Below, in pieces: positions 37,687-50,084 of a stretch of DNA of 64,000 nucleotides. The first letter of the stretch is position 1; each line of letters starts with the position of its first letter. The stretch comes from an uncultured bacterium (GTDB lineage Bacteria > Actinomycetota > Acidimicrobiia > Spongiisociales > UBA5794), in the NCBI GenBank assembly GCA_963801165.1, contig CAWDDT010000005.1, positions 64,001 through 128,000 of the forward strand. Direction: 5' to 3'. The notes beneath the pieces were generated by a model, which was not told the DNA's origin, did no database searches, and saw only the letters and a program-made list of their open reading frames with translations. Position numbers and translations under genes: made by a program.

Positions 37687-38841
37687 GTGAGCGAGATGTA
37701 CGTCTCGGGCCAGTCGGGTATCGGCCGTTTGATTCAAGCGTTGGCAGACAGTGGTCACCGCGTGATCGGGCCGAGAATCCGCAACCAGGCCCTTGTATAC
37801 GATGAAATCGCAGCACTCGACGATCTCCCCAAAGGGTGGACCGACGTGCAGGAGCCGGGGCACTACCGCCTCGAGCACCGCGGCGGTGAGAAGCTCTTCG
37901 GGTATGTCGTTGGTGCCGCGAGCTGGAAGCAATACGTGAACCCGCCCGAGGCGGTCATCTGGTCGGGCACCCGCGGGAAGGAAGGATTCACTACTGACCC
38001 GAGCCCGGCGCCTGTCAAATACGCCTTCTTTGGAGCCCGCCCGTGTGAGCTGGCCGCAATGCGCATTCTCGACGATGTGTATGCCGGCAACGACGGCGTG
38101 CCCGCGCTCGGCGGCTATACCGCGACGCGGGCCGGCGTGTTCGTCGTCGCCGTCAACTGTGGCGAGCCCGGTGGGAACTGCTTCTGTTCCTCAATGGGAA
38201 CAGGACCAACGGCGAAAGCGGGCTTTGACATCGCGATCACCGAGATCACCCACGACGGCAACATGCGCTACTTGCTCGAGAGCGGCAGCGACAAGGGCGC
38301 CGCGATGCTCCGCAGCCTCGAAGGCATGGAGACGGCGACCGACGCCGAGATCGAGTCCGCAGAGGCAATGCTGGCTGCGGCAGCCGAGAACATGGGCAAG
38401 ACCCTCGACACCGAGGACCTGCCCGGCCTGCTCAAGGGCAATGCGCTCAACCCCCGCTGGGAGAGCGTCGCCGACCGCTGTCTGGCATGCGCCAACTGCA
38501 CCATGGTGTGCCCCACCTGCTTCTGCAACACCGTCGACGACAACCTGGCGCTCGATGGTTCGCAGGCCACCAGGACACGCAAGTGGGACTCCTGCTTCAC
38601 CCTCGGCTTCTCGTACATGCACGGGCAGCCGATGCGAGAGCCGGTTGCGGCACGATACCGTCAATGGATGACCCACAAGCTCGCCACGTGGGTCGACCAG
38701 TTCGGCGAGATGGGCTGTGTCGGGTGCGGGCGCTGCATCACATGGTGCCCGGTTGGTATCGACATCACCCAGGAAGCGGCCGCAATCAGACGGGCCGACC
38801 TGCGTGACACCCAGATCAAGGTGGGAGGCGTAACGCCATGA
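37687..38841 (+). CDS. Group 3b NiFe-hydrogenase (sulfhydrogenase) beta subunit, 4Fe-4S dicluster
   Basis: GARPCE, NC...[31 protein letters not shown]. Confidence 0.9.
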   Translation: MSEMYVSGQSGIGRLIQALADSGHRVIGPRIRNQALVYDEIAALDDLPKGWTDVQEPGHYRLEHRGGEKLFGYVVGAASWKQYVNPPEAVIWSGTRGKEGFTTDPSPAPVKYAFFGARPCELAAMRILDDVYAGNDGVPALGGYTATRAGVFVVAVNCGEPGGNCFCSSMGTGPTAKAGFDIAITEITHDGNMRYLLESGSDKGAAMLRSLEGMETATDAEIESAEAMLAAAAENMGKTLDTEDLPGLLKGNALNPRWESVADRCLACANCTMVCPTCFCNTVDDNLALDGSQATRTRKWDSCFTLGFSYMHGQPMREPVAARYRQWMTHKLATWVDQFGEMGCVGCGRCITWCPVGIDITQEAAAIRRADLRDTQIKVGGVTP

Positions 38842-39296
38842 GTGAACTAGTCGCAACACTGAGCGACCACGACTTCTTCCGGGGTATGAGCGAGGCCCAT
38901 CTGGCGAAGCTCGCCGGCGTCGCCACCGAGATCGAGGTCGAGGGTGACAAGGTCCTCTTCGGAGAGGGCGGCACCGCCGATGCGGCGTATGCCATCGTCT
39001 CCGGCTCGATTGCACTCGAGCTGAGCGTCGCCACCCGGCAACTCATCGTGCAAACGCTGCACGGCGGAGAGATGCTCGGATGGAGCTGGCTGTACCCGCC
39101 CTATCGGTGGTCTTTCAGCGCCGTCGCCAACGATCCGGTGCATCTGATCCGATTCGAGGCCGAGCAACTGCGCGATATGTTCGATAACGACTGCGCTCTC
39201 GGCTACGAGGTGATGAAGCGGTTCGCCGGGGTCATAACCAGCCGTCTGGCCGCAACTCGACTCCAACTGGTGGATTTTTATGGAAACGCTAACTGA
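38838..39296 (+). CDS. Stand-alone cyclic-nucleotide-binding domain protein
   Basis: 'LF.EG..AD..Y.I.SG.I...GEMLGWSWL'; 152 aa, no HTH. Confidence 0.85.
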   Translation: MSELVATLSDHDFFRGMSEAHLAKLAGVATEIEVEGDKVLFGEGGTADAAYAIVSGSIALELSVATRQLIVQTLHGGEMLGWSWLYPPYRWSFSAVANDPVHLIRFEAEQLRDMFDNDCALGYEVMKRFAGVITSRLAATRLQLVDFYGNAN

Positions 39297-40128
39297 GCCC
39301 GCCGTCATCGATCAGATGACACCAATCCCGTTCCGCGTACGCGGTGTGCGCGAGGAGCTTCCGCACACGTTCACGTTGGAGCTGGAGCCACCCGACGGCA
39401 GCTTCGAGTTCCTTCCCGGGCAATTCACGATGGTCTATGCCTTCGGTATCGGCGAGGTGCCGATATCGATCAGCAGCAGCGCCTCGAAGCCGGGGACGAT
39501 CCTGCAGACCATCCGGCGCACGGGTGCGGTCACCCACGCCCTCGGCCGGCTCAAGTCCGGTGACTATGTCGGCATCCGCGGTCCATTCGGGACACCGTGG
39601 CCGCTTGACACGGCCAGGGGAGGCGATCTGTTGATCATCGGTGGTGGCATCGGCCTGGCGCCGTTGCGCCCCGCCATCTATCACGCCATCGAGAACCGTG
39701 CCGATTACGAGCGGGTTGTCGTTCTCTACGGCACCCGGACCCCGGACGACATCCTATTCGAGAAGGAGTTGGCGGCCTGGGGCGAGCGTACCGACGTCAC
39801 AACCATGATCACCGTCGATGCCGCCGACCGTGGCTGGCACGGCTCAGTCGGAGTCGTCACCCGTCTCATCGGCCGTGTCGGCTTCGATCCCGCGAACACG
39901 ACGGTGCTGGTCTGCGGCCCCGAGATCATGATGACGGTCACGGCACGGCGTCTCATCGAGGGATCCTCGGTGGAGCCTGAGAACATCTACGTGACCATGG
40001 AGCGCAACATGAAGTGCGCCATCGGGGTGTGCGGCCACTGCCAGTTCGGCGAGAAGTTCATTTGTACCGACGGGGCGGTGTTCCCGTACCCGGAAGTCGG
40101 GCATCTCTTCGACATAAAGGGAGTGTGA
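39280..40128 (+). CDS. Hydrogenase gamma subunit (FAD/NAD(P)-binding, 2Fe-2S)
   Basis: [45 protein letters not shown]...C. Confidence 0.92.
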   Translation: METLTEPAVIDQMTPIPFRVRGVREELPHTFTLELEPPDGSFEFLPGQFTMVYAFGIGEVPISISSSASKPGTILQTIRRTGAVTHALGRLKSGDYVGIRGPFGTPWPLDTARGGDLLIIGGGIGLAPLRPAIYHAIENRADYERVVVLYGTRTPDDILFEKELAAWGERTDVTTMITVDAADRGWHGSVGVVTRLIGRVGFDPANTTVLVCGPEIMMTVTARRLIEGSSVEPENIYVTMERNMKCAIGVCGHCQFGEKFICTDGAVFPYPEVGHLFDIKGV

Positions 40129-40129
40129 G

Positions 40130-40917
<788 letters not shown>

Positions 40918-40921
<4 letters not shown>

Positions 40922-42228
40922 TCATGACGTCAGAAGTGAGAAAGCTCGACGTTGACTACATCGCCCGCGTCGAAGGCGAGGGCGAAATGCACGTCAAGGT
41001 CGTCGACGGCAAGATCGAAGACGTCTGGTTTGGCATCTTCGAGCCACCCCGCTTCTACGAGGCGTTTCTCGAGGGCCGGCCGTTCTCGGATGCACCGGAC
41101 ATAACGGCACGCATCTGCGGCATCTGTCCGATCGCCTATCAGATGAGCTCGACGCATGCGATGGAGTATGCGTTCGGTGCGTCGGTCACCGGCCAGCTCC
41201 GTGCGCTGCGCCGCCTCATCTATTGCGGTGAATGGATCGAGAGCCACGTGCTGCACATGTTCCTGCTCCACGCCCCGGACTTCCTCGGGTATGAGAGCGC
41301 CGTGCACATGGCGGCGGACCACAGGGACGTTGTCGAGCTCGGTCTGCGGCTGAAGAAGGCGGGCAACGCGATTGTCACCGTCGTCGGCGGCCGGGAGATC
41401 CACCCGGTCAACGTCAAGGTCGGCGGTTTTTACCGGGTCCCGACCAAGCAGGAGCTCGAGACGCTGGTCCCGGAGCTGGAGTGGGCACGTGAAGCTGCAA
41501 AGCAGACGATCAGGCTCGTTTCCGGATTCACCTTCCCCAAGGTGGAGCAGGACTTCGAGTTCGTCTCGTTGAGCCACCCGTTGGAGTACCCGTTCTGTGA
41601 AGGCCGGATCGTCTCCAACAAGGGTCTCGACATTGCCATCTCCGAGTGGAACGACTACTTCCTCGAGGAGCACGTTGAGCGCTCGAATGCGCTGCATTCG
41701 CGTATCCGCTCGCGCGGGGCGTATCACGTCGGCCCACTGGCCCGGTACGCCAACAACTTCGAGAAGTTGACCCCGGCGGCACGAGATGCTGCTCTCGAGG
41801 CGGGTCTTGGCCCGGTTGAGCTGAACCCGTTCAAGAGCATCATCGTGCGCGGTGTCGAGACGCTCTACGCGGTCGAAGAGGCGCTGCGGATCATCGATCA
41901 ATACGAGGAGCCGGATCGCCCCGATGTCGAGCTGAACATTCACGCCGGTGTCGGGCACGGTGCTTCCGAGGCGCCCCGCGGCATGCTCTACCACCGCTAT
42001 GAGGTGGACAATGCCGGCCGGATCTTGAAGGCGCAGATCGTGCCACCAACGGCGCAGAATCAGCTGACGATCGAGGACGACCTGCGGGCGGTGCTCGAGG
42101 AGTCGCTGGATCTGCCCGACAAGGAGCTGACCTGGGTGCTGGAGCAATCGATCAGGAACTACGACCCCTGTATCTCGTGTGCGACTCACTTCCTGAACGT
42201 GAAAGTCGACCGGATCACCACTAAATAG
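40918..42228 (+). CDS. NiFe-hydrogenase large (alpha) subunit, group 3b
   Basis: RVEGEG, L1 RICGICP, EAPRG, VPPT, L2 DPCISCATH plus a cleavable C-terminal extension. Confidence 0.95.
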
Positions 42229-42253
42229 TGGACCCTACGGCGGTGATGAGCTG

Positions 42254-42730
42254 ATGGGAGGAGGAGCTCCGTCCACCGATGGAGCGCACGCAGTCGTTAT
42301 CGGCGTCGGCAATCGCTGGCGCCGGGACGACGCAGCCGGGATGGAAGTTGTCGACGCGCTCCAGGAGCGCGTCGACGACTCGGTCATCCTGGTCGAGAGC
42401 GGCGGTGAACCGGCCCGGCTGCTCGACGCCTTCGCACTCGCTCGCCGTGTCGTCATGGTCGATGCGGTGGTCACCGGAGCCGAGCCCGGGACCATCCACC
42501 GTTTCACCGACGCGGATCTGCCACAGCGGATGGGGATCGGGCAGTCGAGCCACCTGGTCCAGCTCGTCGAGAGCATCCAGCTGGGCAAATTGCTCGGCAA
42601 GCTCCCCAATGGGCTCACGCTGATCGGGATCGAGGCAACGGATTTTGGCAACGGGGAGGGCATGACGATCCCGGTCGAATCTGCCATTGCCGTCGCCGTC
42701 GACGCGGTGCTGGCCGAGCTGGCAGGCTAA
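42254..42730 (+). CDS. Hydrogenase maturation protease
   Basis: VIGVGNRWRRDDAAG, VDAV, SSH. Confidence 0.9.
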   Translation: MGGGAPSTDGAHAVVIGVGNRWRRDDAAGMEVVDALQERVDDSVILVESGGEPARLLDAFALARRVVMVDAVVTGAEPGTIHRFTDADLPQRMGIGQSSHLVQLVESIQLGKLLGKLPNGLTLIGIEATDFGNGEGMTIPVESAIAVAVDAVLAELAG

Positions 42731-42789
42731 CGCAGCGTTTCCTGCGGACCATCGCAGCCCTCACGACGGCTGTCCTGTCGCAAATTCGA

Positions 42790-43821
42790 TCAGGTGCGGC
42801 CGATCGTGCTCTCCCGGATCACCAGCTCGGCTTCGAGCTGGATGGCCGACGCGGGCGCCGAGCCATCGCGCACCTCAGCGAGCAGCGTGCGCACAGCGTG
42901 CCGCCCGATGTCCATCAGCGGTTGCAGCACCGAGGTGAGCGGTGGGGCGAACCACGCCGCCTCTTCGATGTCGTCAAACCCGGCAACGGCGATGTCCTCG
43001 GGAACGCGCAGCTTCCGGCCCCGGATCGTGTGCATCGCACCCAGAGCCATGCGGTCGTTGCCGGCGACCACTGCATCAATGTCCGGCAGGCGGTCGAGCA
43101 GGGCGCTCATCGCGTCTGCTCCGCTGCTGGGAGACCAATCGCCCTCCTCGCACAGCTCGAGAGTCGGTTCGAAACCGTGCTTGGCGAGCCCGCGCCGCCA
43201 GCCGTCCCGCCGATCTTCGGCCTCATGCCAGCTCAGCGGTCCCGAGATGTGTGCGATCCGGGTGCGCCCGATCGACACGAGATGATCGACGACGCGTTCG
43301 GTCGCACCGGCGTTGTCGACAACGACACTCGAGTAGCGGTCCGACACACCGGCCTTGACGAACACCACCGGCTCGAACTGCTCCGACAATGCGGCACGGA
43401 TCCGGTCGACGATCTGGCCCACTGCCGGAACGGACATGATGATCCCATCAACGTGACGCTCGATAAGCGCTGAGATTGCCGGCCGCGGGTCGTCGAAGCT
43501 CTCACGCTCGGGGAGCTCGGCAATCAGCACGGTCATCCCGAGTTGGGTCGCTTCATCGACGATGCCCCGCAGGGTCAGTGCGGTGCCCGTGTAACCCATG
43601 CCGGCAAGCAGTACCCCGATGGCATTGCTGTGTCTGGCGACCAGGGTTCGCGCCACCGCGCTCGGTTTGTAGTCGAGTGCAGCGATGGCATCGGCCACAC
43701 GCTTTCTCGTATCCGGGGCCACGTCGGGCCGATCGTTCATGACGCGGGAGACAGTCTGGGTCGAGACACCACAGTAGGCCGCCACATCCTTGATTGTGAT
43801 TCTCCGACCCGACCCGTGCAT
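42790..43821 (-). CDS. LacI family regulator (probable arabinose regulator)
   Basis: TIKDVA..CGVSTQTVSRVMN, YKPS..AR.L, NDRMALG, GFDD...PPLTSV; divergent from araB. Confidence 0.94.
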   Translation of the reverse strand: MHGSGRRITIKDVAAYCGVSTQTVSRVMNDRPDVAPDTRKRVADAIAALDYKPSAVARTLVARHSNAIGVLLAGMGYTGTALTLRGIVDEATQLGMTVLIAELPERESFDDPRPAISALIERHVDGIIMSVPAVGQIVDRIRAALSEQFEPVVFVKAGVSDRYSSVVVDNAGATERVVDHLVSIGRTRIAHISGPLSWHEAEDRRDGWRRGLAKHGFEPTLELCEEGDWSPSSGADAMSALLDRLPDIDAVVAGNDRMALGAMHTIRGRKLRVPEDIAVAGFDDIEEAAWFAPPLTSVLQPLMDIGRHAVRTLLAEVRDGSAPASAIQLEAELVIRESTIGRT

Positions 43822-43882
43822 CTTCACTCCTGCTCTGCCTGGGACCAGACCCTCTGTAGATTACCTCACACTACTAGGCTAT

Positions 43883-43908
43883 GTTATCGTTAACGGGAGC
43901 GTTAACAT
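43883..43908. promoter_or_regulatory. Tandem LacI-type operator (copy 1)
   Basis: GTTATCGTTAACGGGAGCGTTAACAT, two CG-centred palindromic sites; near-identical copies at 47892 and 47981. Confidence 0.8.
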
Positions 43909-43939
43909 GATGCTTGCTCGAGCGGAAGGGGAAACGGCG

Positions 43940-45610
43940 ATGGATCCCGAGCAACCGGCGGTCATTGGTGTCGATTACGGCACATCGAGTGCACGGGCCG
44001 TCGTCGTGGACACCGCCACCGGCCGGGAGCTCGGTGAGGGCGAGTATGCCTACCGGCACGGCACCGACGGTGTCATCACTGATACGAGGGACGCCCACCT
44101 CGCCCGCCAGTCCGCACACGACTACATCGACGGGCTCCGCGTATCTGTCCTGGGTGCGCTCGAGACAGCAGAAGCCGCCGGTTTCGACCGATCCAGGGTC
44201 GTAGGCATCGGCGTCGACACCACCGGATCGAGCCCCATCCCGGTCGACGCCGCAGGCGTGCCGCTCGCTCTAGACCCGCGCTTTGCGAACGATCCCAACG
44301 CCATGACGTGGTTGTGGAAGGACCACACCTCCCACGCCGAGACCGCCGAGATCAACAAAACCGTGCTTCGGGACCGCCTCCCCTACCTCGGCCCGTGCGG
44401 AAGCACCTACTCGAGCGAGTGGTACTGGGCCAAGCTCGCCCACTTCCTCCGGACCGCCGATCCCGGGGTCCGGGCCGCGGCGGGCGGATGGGTCGAGCTC
44501 GCCGACTTCGTACCAGGCTATCTGGCGGGTCGACTCGATCCCGCCACGATGGCTCGAGGGATCTGCCCCGCCGGGCACAAGGCCATGTACGACACTGAGT
44601 GGGGCGGGCTGCCCTCGGCCGATTTCCTCGACTCGATCGAACCCGGGATGGCGGCCTTCCGCTACACAACCACGGCCCAGGCATCGGATACCTCCATCGG
44701 TGGGCTCACCGACGAGCTGGCCGCCGAGCTCGGGCTCCGACCGGGAATCGCCATCGCCGCCGGTGCTTTCGACGCTCACACCGGTGCGGTCGGCGCCGGG
44801 GTGTCGGAAGGGACGCTCGTCAAGATCATCGGCACCAGCACATGCGATACGACGGTGGTCCCGGGCGATCGACCGCTCATCGCCGGTTTGTGCGGGAGTG
44901 TCCCCGATTCGATTATCCCCGGGATGGCAGGTCTCGAGGCCGGGCAGTCGGCCGTTGGGGACATTTTCAACTGGTTCGCCTCTTCGCTGGCACCGGGCGA
45001 CCAGGGAACCGCGGCCCGGCTCGACGAACTGGCGGCGCAAGCTGAAGGAATCCCGCCGGGCGCCAGCGGGCTGCTCGGGCTCGACTGGCACAACGGCAAC
45101 CGGTCCGTCCTCGTAGATCCACTGCTGTCCGGGGCCATGATCGGGATGACCCTGTCCACGACCGCAGCCGAGTTCTATCGGGCGCTCGTCGAGTCGACCG
45201 CCTTCGGAGCGCAACGCATCATCGAGCAATTCGAGTCGAACGGGGTGCCGATCCGGCGCATCGTGCTGAGCGGCGGCATTTCCAAGAAGAGCCCGCTGCT
45301 GGTGCAGATCTACGCCGACGTCACCGGCCGCAGGGTCGAGCTGGCGGGAACTTCACAGACCTGTGCCGTCGGTGCAGCCATCCTCGCCAGCGTCGCCGCC
45401 GGCGTGTATGGGACCACCGGGGAAGCCCAGAAGGCCATGGTCCCGGAACCAGCGGGTGTCGTCGAGCCGAACCCGGAGGCGGTGGCGGTCTACAAAGAGT
45501 TGTACCCGCTCTACCGGAAGATCCACGACGCGTTCGGGGTACACGGCCCGAGCGATCTCTACGACTTGATGAAAGACCTGCAACGCATCCGCAGCGAGGT
45601 CACCCGATGA
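43940..45610 (+). CDS. araB: Ribulokinase
   Basis: IGVDYGT, GVDTTGS, LWKDHT, YSSEWYWAK, GHKAM, FDAH, GTSTCD, EAGQSAVGD, DWHNGNR. Confidence 0.94.
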   Translation: MDPEQPAVIGVDYGTSSARAVVVDTATGRELGEGEYAYRHGTDGVITDTRDAHLARQSAHDYIDGLRVSVLGALETAEAAGFDRSRVVGIGVDTTGSSPIPVDAAGVPLALDPRFANDPNAMTWLWKDHTSHAETAEINKTVLRDRLPYLGPCGSTYSSEWYWAKLAHFLRTADPGVRAAAGGWVELADFVPGYLAGRLDPATMARGICPAGHKAMYDTEWGGLPSADFLDSIEPGMAAFRYTTTAQASDTSIGGLTDELAAELGLRPGIAIAAGAFDAHTGAVGAGVSEGTLVKIIGTSTCDTTVVPGDRPLIAGLCGSVPDSIIPGMAGLEAGQSAVGDIFNWFASSLAPGDQGTAARLDELAAQAEGIPPGASGLLGLDWHNGNRSVLVDPLLSGAMIGMTLSTTAAEFYRALVESTAFGAQRIIEQFESNGVPIRRIVLSGGISKKSPLLVQIYADVTGRRVELAGTSQTCAVGAAILASVAAGVYGTTGEAQKAMVPEPAGVVEPNPEAVAVYKELYPLYRKIHDAFGVHGPSDLYDLMKDLQRIRSEVTR

Positions 45611-46311
45611 CAGCTGTTGCCGACCTCCGCGAGTACGTGTGTGGGCAGAATTCCCGCCTTCCTGCCGAGGGTCTCGTCTCGCTCACCTGGGGAAACGTGA
45701 GTGGGCGGTCCGGCGATCTGATCGCGATCAAGCCGAGCGGCGTGCCCTACCCCGGGATGACCCCCGACGACATCGTCGTGCTGGATCTCGATGGCAGCGT
45801 CGTTGCCGGGCGGCTGCGGCCGTCGATCGACACCGCGACCCACCTCGAGCTGTACCGGGCCTTTCCCGAGATCGGTGGAGTGGTCCATGCCCACAGCACC
45901 TACGGGACCGCCTTCTCCCAGGCAAGGCTCCCCATCGAGTGTCTCGGCACCACCCATGCAGATCACTTCAACGGGCCCGTACCGGTTACCCGGCCACTCA
46001 CCGCAGCTGAGGTGGCCACCGAGTACGAAGCCAACACGGGCCGGGTGATCGTCGCCCACTTCCGCAGCAACGGGATCAACCCGATGCACGTGCCCGGGGT
46101 GCTCGCTGCCGGTCATGCTCCTTTTGTCTGGGGTACGAACGCGGCGAACGCTGTCGACAACACGGTCGCTCTCGAGGCGAGCGCACGGATGGCCCTCCTC
46201 ACCGGCATGCTCACTTCCAATCACCCGGTCCCGCTCGAGGACTGGATCCTGGCGAAGCATCATGAACGCAAACACGGCGCAAACGCTTACTACGGACAGG
46301 GGAAATCATGA
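45607..46311 (+). CDS. araD: L-ribulose-5-phosphate 4-epimerase
   Basis: [33 protein letters not shown]. Confidence 0.95.
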   Translation: MTAVADLREYVCGQNSRLPAEGLVSLTWGNVSGRSGDLIAIKPSGVPYPGMTPDDIVVLDLDGSVVAGRLRPSIDTATHLELYRAFPEIGGVVHAHSTYGTAFSQARLPIECLGTTHADHFNGPVPVTRPLTAAEVATEYEANTGRVIVAHFRSNGINPMHVPGVLAAGHAPFVWGTNAANAVDNTVALEASARMALLTGMLTSNHPVPLEDWILAKHHERKHGANAYYGQGKS

Positions 46312-47810
46312 TCGATCCCGGCAGCTCGAACCTCTGGTTCGTAACGGGGAGCCAACATCTTTACGGAGATGAGACACTCGCCCTCGTTGCGGACAACAGC
46401 CGCCAGATCGCAACCGCGCTGAACGAGAGCCCGCACATCCCCCTCGAGATCGCGGTCAGACCGGTGATGACGGGCAGCGATGGCATCGCCGCCCTGGTGC
46501 GGGAAGCCAACGCGGACCCGCAGTGCGCCGGCTTGATTCTCTGGATGCACACATTCTCTCCGGCCCGTATGTGGATCCGTGGTCTCGAGGAGCTCAACAA
46601 GCCGTACCTGCATCTCCACACCCAATTCGCCAGGGACCTGCCGTGGGCAACGATCGACATGGACTACATGAACGCCCATCAGTCCGCCCACGGAGACCGC
46701 GAGTTCGGCCACATCGCCAGCCGGCTCCGATCGCGACGCAAGATCGTCGCCGGCGACTGGTCGGAGACACGGGTCGCCGAGAGGATCGGTGCATGGGCAC
46801 GCGCCGCCTTTGCGGTGGCCGACGCCGCCACCGCTCGCATCGCCCGCTTCGGCGACAACATGAGAAGTGTTGCGGTTACTGAAGGTGACAAGGTCGAGTT
46901 CCAACGTGTCTTCGGATACGACGTCGAGGGCTACGGGCTCGGTGACCTCGTCGCCCACATCGAGAGGTTCGGAGACGCCGCCATCGACGCCCTCTGTGCC
47001 GAGTACGACGACACGTATGAGATGGCGGCGGAGCTGCGCCCCGGCGGCGACCGTCGCCAGTCGCTCCGGGACGCCGCAGCGATCGAGCTGGGATTGCGGT
47101 CGTTTCTCGAGGAGGGCCGGTTTGTCGCCTTCACGGACACGTTCGAGAACCTCCACGGTCTCAAGCAGCTCCCCGGTATCGCGCCACAACGCATCATGGC
47201 CGACGGCTACGGCTTCGGCGCCGAGGGCGACTGGAAGACGGCCGCGATGGTACGAGCAATGAAGGTCATGGCGCACGGTCTCGAAGGCGGCACCAGCTTC
47301 ATGGAGGACTACACGTACCACCTCGACCCGGACGGCTCGTTCGCTCTGGGTGCCCACATGCTCGAGGTCTGCCCGTCGATTGCGAAGGGAACCCCCCGCT
47401 GTGAAATCCATCCGCTTTCGATAGGCGGCAAGGAGGATCCGGTGCGCCTCGTGTTCAACGCCGCCCCCGGACCAAGCGTGAACGCCTCCGTCGTCGACCT
47501 GGGAGATCGTTTCCGTATGACAGCGGCCAGGGTGGAGGTCGTCGACCCACCCGCGGCAATGCCCAACCTGCCGGTGGCGCGATCGGTGTGGAAACCGGAG
47601 CCCGATCTTCCCCGGGCCGCCGAGGCCTGGATCCTCGCCGGCGGCTCGCATCACTCGTGTCACAGTCGTGCGCTCACGGTCGAGCACCTCGAGGACTATG
47701 CCCGTATCGTCGGCGTTGAGCTGATCACGATCAACGAGTCCACGGACATGCGAGATCTGGAGAGAGAGTTGTTGTGGAACGACGCTTCGTACAGGTTGCT
47801 GGGGAGATGA
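46308..47810 (+). CDS. araA: L-arabinose isomerase
   Basis: [51 protein letters not shown]. Confidence 0.96.
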   Translation: MIDPGSSNLWFVTGSQHLYGDETLALVADNSRQIATALNESPHIPLEIAVRPVMTGSDGIAALVREANADPQCAGLILWMHTFSPARMWIRGLEELNKPYLHLHTQFARDLPWATIDMDYMNAHQSAHGDREFGHIASRLRSRRKIVAGDWSETRVAERIGAWARAAFAVADAATARIARFGDNMRSVAVTEGDKVEFQRVFGYDVEGYGLGDLVAHIERFGDAAIDALCAEYDDTYEMAAELRPGGDRRQSLRDAAAIELGLRSFLEEGRFVAFTDTFENLHGLKQLPGIAPQRIMADGYGFGAEGDWKTAAMVRAMKVMAHGLEGGTSFMEDYTYHLDPDGSFALGAHMLEVCPSIAKGTPRCEIHPLSIGGKEDPVRLVFNAAPGPSVNASVVDLGDRFRMTAARVEVVDPPAAMPNLPVARSVWKPEPDLPRAAEAWILAGGSHHSCHSRALTVEHLEDYARIVGVELITINESTDMRDLERELLWNDASYRLLGR

Positions 47811-47891
47811 CAGTGTCGGTGACACTCGCCGGCTGAGATCAGAAACGGGAGGAGGACCCGGGACGGTTAGACAGATTCAACCCAGAACATA

Positions 47892-47917
47892 ACGTTAACG
47901 TTCCCGGTAGCGATAAC
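47892..47917. promoter_or_regulatory. Tandem LacI-type operator (copy 2)
   Basis: ACGTTAACGTTCCCGGTAGCGATAAC, similar to the reverse complement of copy 1. Confidence 0.7.
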
Positions 47918-47980
47918 ATCGTGGCGCGCAGGGAAAACGCGACGAAGGCACCCGGCCAGGCTAGACATGTAGTTCACATG

Positions 47981-48006
47981 ATGTTAGCGTTCCCGTTAAC
48001 GATAAC
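47981..48006. promoter_or_regulatory. Tandem LacI-type operator (copy 3)
   Basis: ATGTTAGCGTTCCCGTTAACGATAAC, 24/26 identical to the reverse complement of copy 1. Confidence 0.8.
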
Positions 48007-48112
48007 GGAGCTTGGCTCACGAGATACGGGGCGGCTCATTCCCACATCGCGTCGAGCGCGAAGACAACGGACATTCCCGAATCGGGATGAGGAAGATGGG
48101 AAGGAAGGTCAT

Positions 48113-49192
48113 ATGACACTAAGAAGAGACAAGCGGTTTGCGTTCGTGATTCTGCTTGCCGTTTTGGCTCTGGCAGCCGCCTCCTGCGGAGGAGATAGCA
48201 CAGAGTCATCGACAACCACCACGAGCGGAAACGCGGAAACCACCACGGCTGCCCCCGACACCGGGCAAGCAGCAGGCGCCGGGTTCTGTGCGAACACCCA
48301 CATAGTGTTCTTCCCCGGCGGGCCCGAAGGTGGCCCGTTCGCCACGGTGGTATACAACGGAGCAGTGAAGGCACAAGAAGTGCTCGGCGCTGACGTCGAC
48401 TACGTATGGTCCGACTGGGATCCGGAGAAGATGCTGACCCAGTTCCGTGAAGCCGTTGCGACCCACCCCGATGGCATCGCCATCATGGGTCATCCAGGCG
48501 ACGATGCCTTTGCTCCACTCGTTGACGAGGCAGAAGCAGCCGGCATCATCGTCACCAGCCAGAACACAACTCTGCCCACGATCGAGGCGAAGTACGCCAG
48601 CAACGGCTTCGGCTATGTGGGTGCCGAGTTGTATACGGCCGGTCACTCGCTTGGCGCCGAAGCGGTTGCCGAGTTCGGCCTGGCCGCCGGCGACCGGGCC
48701 ATGGTCTGGGGTCTGCTGGCGCAAGCCGGACGTGGCGAGCGGACAAAGGGCGTCATCGACGCACTCGAGGAAGCGGGCCTCACGGTCGACTACCTCGAGA
48801 TCGACGACGCTACCAACGCCGATGCCGCAGCAGGCACCGCGACGTTCGTTGGTTATGCCTCATCACATCCGGACGTCAAGTTGGTCGTCACCGATCACGG
48901 CGCCTTGACCGCCGCGCAGCAGACCTACTTCGAGGCTGCAGGTCTCGGACCGGATGATGTGTATGGCGCCGGCTTCGACCTGAGTGCATCGACGGTGGAA
49001 TCGATCAAGGCCGGCTGGACCGACCTGGTCATCGATCAGCAGCAGTATCTGCAGGGATTCTTCCCGATTCTGCAGATATGTTTGACCAACAACTATGCGT
49101 TCACCGGTCTCCATATCGACACCGGCGCGGGCTTCGCCAACGCCGGCAACGTCGATCTGCTCGCCGACCTGGTGACACAGCAGATCAGGTAA
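48113..49192 (+). CDS. Sugar ABC transporter substrate-binding lipoprotein
   Basis: AAGGAAGG RBS; lipobox AASC and T-rich linker; periplasmic-binding fold motifs 'GFD...IDQQQYLQGF'. Confidence 0.9.
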   Translation: MTLRRDKRFAFVILLAVLALAAASCGGDSTESSTTTTSGNAETTTAAPDTGQAAGAGFCANTHIVFFPGGPEGGPFATVVYNGAVKAQEVLGADVDYVWSDWDPEKMLTQFREAVATHPDGIAIMGHPGDDAFAPLVDEAEAAGIIVTSQNTTLPTIEAKYASNGFGYVGAELYTAGHSLGAEAVAEFGLAAGDRAMVWGLLAQAGRGERTKGVIDALEEAGLTVDYLEIDDATNADAAAGTATFVGYASSHPDVKLVVTDHGALTAAQQTYFEAAGLGPDDVYGAGFDLSASTVESIKAGWTDLVIDQQQYLQGFFPILQICLTNNYAFTGLHIDTGAGFANAGNVDLLADLVTQQIR

Positions 49193-49247
49193 CAACGGCT
49201 CGGCTCGATTGCGGCCGGGACAGAAGAGCGAAAGGATGTTTGGACAG

Positions 49248-50084
49248 ATGTCTGATAAGGATGCTGGGATAGACCCGGCGACTCCGCGCCTCGAGCTGCG
49301 CGGAGTCAACAAGCAGTTTGCCGGAGTGCAAGCACTGTCCGACATCAACTTCCGTCTCGGCCGCAACGAGATCGTCGGTCTCATCGGCGACAACGGCGCC
49401 GGTAAGTCGACGATGATCAAGCACATTTGCGGCTACCACTCCCCCGACAGCGGCGAGATCTTGTTCGACGGGGTTCCGGTACACAACCTCACCGTCGAGC
49501 GCGCTCGCGAGCTCGGGGTGGCGGCCGTCTATCAGGAAAGAGCACTGGCCGACCTACAGACCCTGTGGCGCAACATCTTCATAGGTCAGGAAATCCAGAC
49601 CCGCTTTGGATTTCTGGACGTGCGCAAGATGCGACGTGAGACCCACAAACTCATGCTCGAGTCGATGGGATTCACCTCGACCGCGGTCACTCCCGAGTCG
49701 GTCGTCAAGAACTTCTCGGGTGGCGAGAAACAAGGCATCGCGATCACCCGGGCACTCTATTTCGACGCCGACATCCTCATCCTCGATGAGCCGGCCGTCG
49801 GGCTTTCGATCAAAGAGACCGACAAGCTGCTCCAGTTCATCCAGTCGATCAAGAAAGCCGGGAAAGCGGCGATCCTGATCGATCACAACATATTCCACGT
49901 CTACGAAGTCGCAGACCGGATCGTGGTGCTTGATCGAGGCAAGATTGCCGGTCGTTTCCGGCCGAAGCACCGCAACGTGATAGAGCTGACCGAGATCATG
50001 CGCGAGATAGCCGAGACAGGTCACTCGTCCGTACCGGACGACCCGTACGAAGAGTCGGTGTCTGATACGGAGGAGACGGCATGA
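49248..50084 (+). CDS. Sugar ABC transporter ATP-binding protein
   Basis: GDNGAGKST, FSGGEKQ, LILDEP; alternative start 49236. Confidence 0.93.
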   Translation: MSDKDAGIDPATPRLELRGVNKQFAGVQALSDINFRLGRNEIVGLIGDNGAGKSTMIKHICGYHSPDSGEILFDGVPVHNLTVERARELGVAAVYQERALADLQTLWRNIFIGQEIQTRFGFLDVRKMRRETHKLMLESMGFTSTAVTPESVVKNFSGGEKQGIAITRALYFDADILILDEPAVGLSIKETDKLLQFIQSIKKAGKAAILIDHNIFHVYEVADRIVVLDRGKIAGRFRPKHRNVIELTEIMREIAETGHSSVPDDPYEESVSDTEETA

